Source of the DNA: Anaerolineaceae bacterium | GTDB taxonomy: Bacteria; Chloroflexota; Anaerolineae; Anaerolineales; Villigracilaceae | Reading direction: 5' to 3' | DNA: 40,562 nucleotides | NCBI GenBank assembly: GCA_022181005.1 | Contig: BQMV01000001.1 | Span: 1-40,562 of the forward strand | Part shown: positions 37,357 to 40,562 of the stretch, piece after piece | Position numbering within the stretch: position 1 is the stretch's first letter | Layout of the letters: each line of letters starts with the position of its first letter | Notes under the pieces: generated by a model | The model's input: the letters and a program-made list of their open reading frames with translations, nothing else | What the model was told of the DNA's origin: nothing | Databases searched by the model: none | Program-made: the position numbers and the translations under genes

Positions 37357-39105
37357 TCTATCCGTGCGCTTTCCCCTGAAGTTGCGTCGCAGATTGCCGC
37401 CGGCGAAGTGATCGAACGCCCCGCGTCGGCGGTGAAGGAGTTGTTGGAAAATTCAGTGGACGCGGGCGCAAAAACGATTTCAATTTCTGTAGAAGAAGCG
37501 GGGAAAAAGTTGATTGAAATCGCAGACGATGGATTTGGGATTCCTTCCGCTGAACTGGAGTTAGCCGTTGCGCGTCACGCGACCTCCAAACTGGTTCGCT
37601 CCGACGATCTTTTTTCCATCGCGACGCTGGGATTCCGCGGCGAAGCGCTGGCGTCCATCGGCTCGATCTCGCGCATGATCATCGTTTCGCGCGTGGAAAG
37701 TGAAAGAGAAGGGACGCGCATTATTGTAGAAGGCGGGAGAAGTGAAAAGCCGGCAAAAGTCGGCGCCGTGGTTGGGACGATTGTGCGCGTGGAAAACCTG
37801 TTTTATAACGTTCCTGCGCGGCTGAAATTTCTTAAAACCGATATGACTGAACGCCGTGCAATTGATACGCTCGTTACGCGCTACGCGCTGGCGTATCCTG
37901 AAAAACGCTTCAAACTATCTCAAGAGAAAAACGTCGTTTTGCAAACGGCGGGCGACGGCGACCGCCGCGCCATCCTTGCCGCGCTCTACGGCGTGGATGC
38001 GGCGAGGCAGATGCTTGAGGTAATGGCGGAGGAAGACGGTTATAAACTAACGGGCTTTATCAGCCCAATCTCTCTCACGCGTTCTAATCGTAGAGATATT
38101 ACTTTCTTCATTAATGGACGTTGGGTGCATGATTCGGCTTTGTCCGCCGCGTTGTTGCAGGCGTATCACACGTTGCTGATGGTGGGGCGTTATCCGCTCA
38201 CGGCGTTGTTCCTTGAGATCGATCCGCACGACGTGGATGTGAACGTGCATCCCGCTAAAGCCGAAGTTCGGTTTAGGAATCAAGATAAAGCGTTTAGTTT
38301 CGTTCAGCGATCCGTGCGCAAGGCGTTGCTGGCGTATTCGCCCGTTCCGCGCGTCGCGCCGAGCCTGTGGGGAACTGTGCGAACTGCGCCGTCTGAATCG
38401 ACTTCGGCGGGGTTGGATTGGGCGATTGGGCATAGCGAACCGGTGAGCAGCGATCAGCCGTCAGTAAGCAGCGCGCAGAACGCAGTGCGAAGTAATGGAG
38501 AGCAAACAACATTTGAACGTATTCCTTTATTGAGACTCATCGGTCAAATCGGCGCGGCGTATCTTGTGGCGGAGGGACCCGACGGACTGTATCTCATTGA
38601 CCAACATGCCGCGCATGAGCGCGTCTTGTTTGAGAAGTTAATGGCGCAACATGAGATGAAGAAGATTCCGTCGCAATCTTTACTGACTCCCGCGGTTGTG
38701 ACCCTGCCCCCTCAAAGCGCTCAATTGCTAATTTCTCAATTGCCTGCATTGAAAAACTTCGGCTTCGACGTGGAAGAGTTTGGACCGAACACGTTTCAGG
38801 TCCGCGCGATGCCGACGCTGTTCGCAGGAAGCGATTCGTCTGCGGCGTTGCGGGCGTTGGTGGAAGATTTTGAGGAAGACGAGTCGCCGTTGCAAGATGA
38901 GGTAGAGAAAAAGATCGCCGCGCGCGTATGCAAGCGGATGGCGGTGCGAGCGGGCATGTCGCTGTCCAATGAAGAACAGCGCGCGCTGCTCACCGATCTT
39001 GAAGCCTGCGAGTCGCCGCGCACTTGCCCGCACGGCAGACCGACGATGATCCATCTTTCGGTGGATTTGCTCGAACGTCAGTTTGGGCGGCGCGGCGCCC
39101 GCTGA
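37354..39105 (+). CDS. mutL: DNA mismatch repair endonuclease MutL
   Basis: IAAGEVIERP, GFRGEAL, DQHAAHER, CPHGRP; start at ATG 37354. Confidence 0.97.
   Translation: MSIRALSPEVASQIAAGEVIERPASAVKELLENSVDAGAKTISISVEEAGKKLIEIADDGFGIPSAELELAVARHATSKLVRSDDLFSIATLGFRGEALASIGSISRMIIVSRVESEREGTRIIVEGGRSEKPAKVGAVVGTIVRVENLFYNVPARLKFLKTDMTERRAIDTLVTRYALAYPEKRFKLSQEKNVVLQTAGDGDRRAILAALYGVDAARQMLEVMAEEDGYKLTGFISPISLTRSNRRDITFFINGRWVHDSALSAALLQAYHTLLMVGRYPLTALFLEIDPHDVDVNVHPAKAEVRFRNQDKAFSFVQRSVRKALLAYSPVPRVAPSLWGTVRTAPSESTSAGLDWAIGHSEPVSSDQPSVSSAQNAVRSNGEQTTFERIPLLRLIGQIGAAYLVAEGPDGLYLIDQHAAHERVLFEKLMAQHEMKKIPSQSLLTPAVVTLPPQSAQLLISQLPALKNFGFDVEEFGPNTFQVRAMPTLFAGSDSSAALRALVEDFEEDESPLQDEVEKKIAARVCKRMAVRAGMSLSNEEQRALLTDLEACESPRTCPHGRPTMIHLSVDLLERQFGRRGAR
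38444..38492 (+). repeat. Seven 7-bp tandem units (NNNNCAG) in the MutL linker
   Basis: TGAGCAG CGATCAG CCGTCAG TAAGCAG CGCGCAG AACGCAG TGCGAAG. Confidence 0.75.
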
Positions 39106-39183
39106 GCGGAGGATCTATTCGGCAAGTTTTGCAGCGAGAGGCATTATCTGTTGGGAAATAGAGAAGGTTATAATAGGATAACT

Positions 39184-40158
39184 ATGCGCGCTCTCTGGCT
39201 CGAAAACAACAAAATTGACCTGCGCGACATCCAGCAACCGCGTAAACAAAACGAAGCCTTGATTAAAATCCGCAAGGCGGGGATTTGCAGCACCGACCTC
39301 GAATTGGTGAAAGGATATTATCCATACACCGGCGTGCTTGGGCATGAGTTCGTGGGCGAGGTGGCGTCCCTCACTCCTAGCCCCTCTTCCGAAGGAAGCG
39401 GGGAGTCTTTGCGGGTGGGAGACCGCGTGGTGGGCGATATCAACGCGGTGTGCGGCGCGTGCGAGCAATGCCTGAACGGACGTCCAACTCATTGCGAGAA
39501 TCGGACGGTGTTGGGAATTGTCAACCGCGACGGCGTGTTTGCTGAGTTTACTCAATTGCCAACTGCGAATCTGCACAAAGTCCCCGCTTCGGCGCCGGAC
39601 GAGATGGCTGTCTTCACCGAGCCTCTCGCCGCCGCGTTGGAAATTCAAGAGCAAATTAACATCAAGCCAACAGATCGAGTCTTGCTCATCGGCGCGGGGC
39701 GGCTCGGTCAACTCATTGCGCAAACACTCGCGCTGACGGGCTGCGACTTGCGCGTGGTTGCGCGGCATAAACGTCAGCAGGAGTTATTATCCGCGCGCGG
39801 GATCCGTATTATTGCCGAGGAGGAGATTCAACGCTGGCGGTGGGATGTCGTCGTCGAAGCAACCGGGTCGTCGAATGGCTTCGCGTTGGCGAGACAAGCG
39901 ATCCGTCCGCGCGGGACGCTGGTGTTAAAGTCCACATACAAGGGCGAGATGAACGTTGATTTTTCGTCCATTGTGGTAGATGAGGTCAACATCATCGGCT
40001 CGCGTTGCGGTCCGTTCGAGCCGGCGTTGCGGCTGATGGAAGCGAAGCAGGTGAATCCGACGGCTTTGATTGACGATGAATTTTCGTTGAGCGATGGGGT
40101 AAAAGCCTTTGAGCGTGCTGCGCAATCGGGCGTTCTCAAGGTGTTGCTAACTCCTTGA
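39184..40158 (+). CDS. Zn-dependent MDR alcohol dehydrogenase (threonine dehydrogenase-like)
   Basis: GICSTD, GHEFVG, CxxCxxCx7C, GAGRLG; TATAAT 9 nt upstream of the ATG. Confidence 0.9.
   Translation: MRALWLENNKIDLRDIQQPRKQNEALIKIRKAGICSTDLELVKGYYPYTGVLGHEFVGEVASLTPSPSSEGSGESLRVGDRVVGDINAVCGACEQCLNGRPTHCENRTVLGIVNRDGVFAEFTQLPTANLHKVPASAPDEMAVFTEPLAAALEIQEQINIKPTDRVLLIGAGRLGQLIAQTLALTGCDLRVVARHKRQQELLSARGIRIIAEEEIQRWRWDVVVEATGSSNGFALARQAIRPRGTLVLKSTYKGEMNVDFSSIVVDEVNIIGSRCGPFEPALRLMEAKQVNPTALIDDEFSLSDGVKAFERAAQSGVLKVLLTP
39367..39405 (+). repeat. CCCTCACC...CCCTCTCCC-type hairpin element in-frame in the ADH
   Basis: TCCCTCACTCCTAGCCCCTCTTCCGAAGGAAGCGGGGAG, stem CCCC-T-CTTCC/GGAAG-C-GGGG; related sequence at 22380-22400. 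Confidence 0.7.
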
Positions 40159-40162
40159 CGAT

Positions 40163-40562
40163 TTATTCGCGGGGTTGGTTTTTTTGCGCGCGCGGCAGGT
40201 ACACGCTGAATGTTGTGCCTACTCCGACCTTGCTCTTCACCTCGATGCGCCCGTTGTGCCCCTGAACGATTTGTTTGCAGATCGAAAGCCCCAAGCCTGT
40301 GCCGGCGGCTTTATTCTCGTGTTCGCGCACGCGGTAGAATTTCTGAAATAAGCGGGGAATGGATTCGTCTGGGATTCCCAAACCGGTGTCTTGCACGCCG
40401 ATTGAAAATTCCGTATCCGTATAATTGCCTACAATGATAACCGAACCGTTCGGACGGTTATATTTGATAGCGTTGCTGACAAGGTTGAGCAATACCTGTT
40501 TAATCTTGTCGCGGTCGGCTTCCATGAGCGGCATATCGTTCGGCGCGTCCACGCGGACTTGG
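40163..40562 (-). CDS. Sensor histidine kinase, C-terminal HATPase domain (truncated by the window edge)
   Basis: NLVSNAIKY, DTGLGI, GTGLGL. Confidence 0.9.
   Translation of the reverse strand, partial: QVRVDAPNDMPLMEADRDKIKQVLLNLVSNAIKYNRPNGSVIIVGNYTDTEFSIGVQDTGLGIPDESIPRLFQKFYRVREHENKAAGTGLGLSICKQIVQGHNGRIEVKSKVGVGTTFSVYLPRAQKNQPRE

Noticed and set aside
38444-38492. CRISPR-like array
   Set aside because: Units are 7 bp with no spacers, and there are no cas genes.

Overview
A 40.6 kb window of a bacterial chromosome. It is most consistent with an Anaerolineae/Chloroflexota genome, inferred from gene families and promoter style and not verified. It holds about 34 housekeeping-type CDS. In order: the tail of a surface-glycan locus (two FemAB-like GNATs, a methyltransferase, a flippase-like protein, two tandem paralogous GT-C-like membrane proteins), a BMP-family ABC transporter, a threonine synthase-family enzyme, GT2, MATE, O-methyltransferase, PatB/MalY, a fold-type II PLP enzyme, a deaminase, radA, ZIP, a Dus enzyme, msrA, clpC, LOG, VTT, a hydrolase, a DUF3298-like lipoprotein, a DUF1998 helicase, a second flippase-like protein, a Zn peptidase, an S41 protease, a HAD nucleotidase, mutL, a Zn-ADH and a partial histidine kinase. 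I saw no rRNA, tRNA, CRISPR array or transposase. Five signals stand out. (1) At least four distinct short palindromic or tandem repeat types sit in-frame inside six different genes, with related sequences between genes. (2) A complete HNH nuclease domain is inserted into the DUF1998 (Hrq1/MrfA-type) helicase. (3) A 50-bp near-perfect palindrome forms two identical back-to-back leaderless promoters for mutL and a nucleotidase. (4) A candidate ~200-nt sRNA carries an orphan AGAAAGGAGGT motif that recurs in the BMP leader. (5) A LexA-like box lies in the radA promoter.
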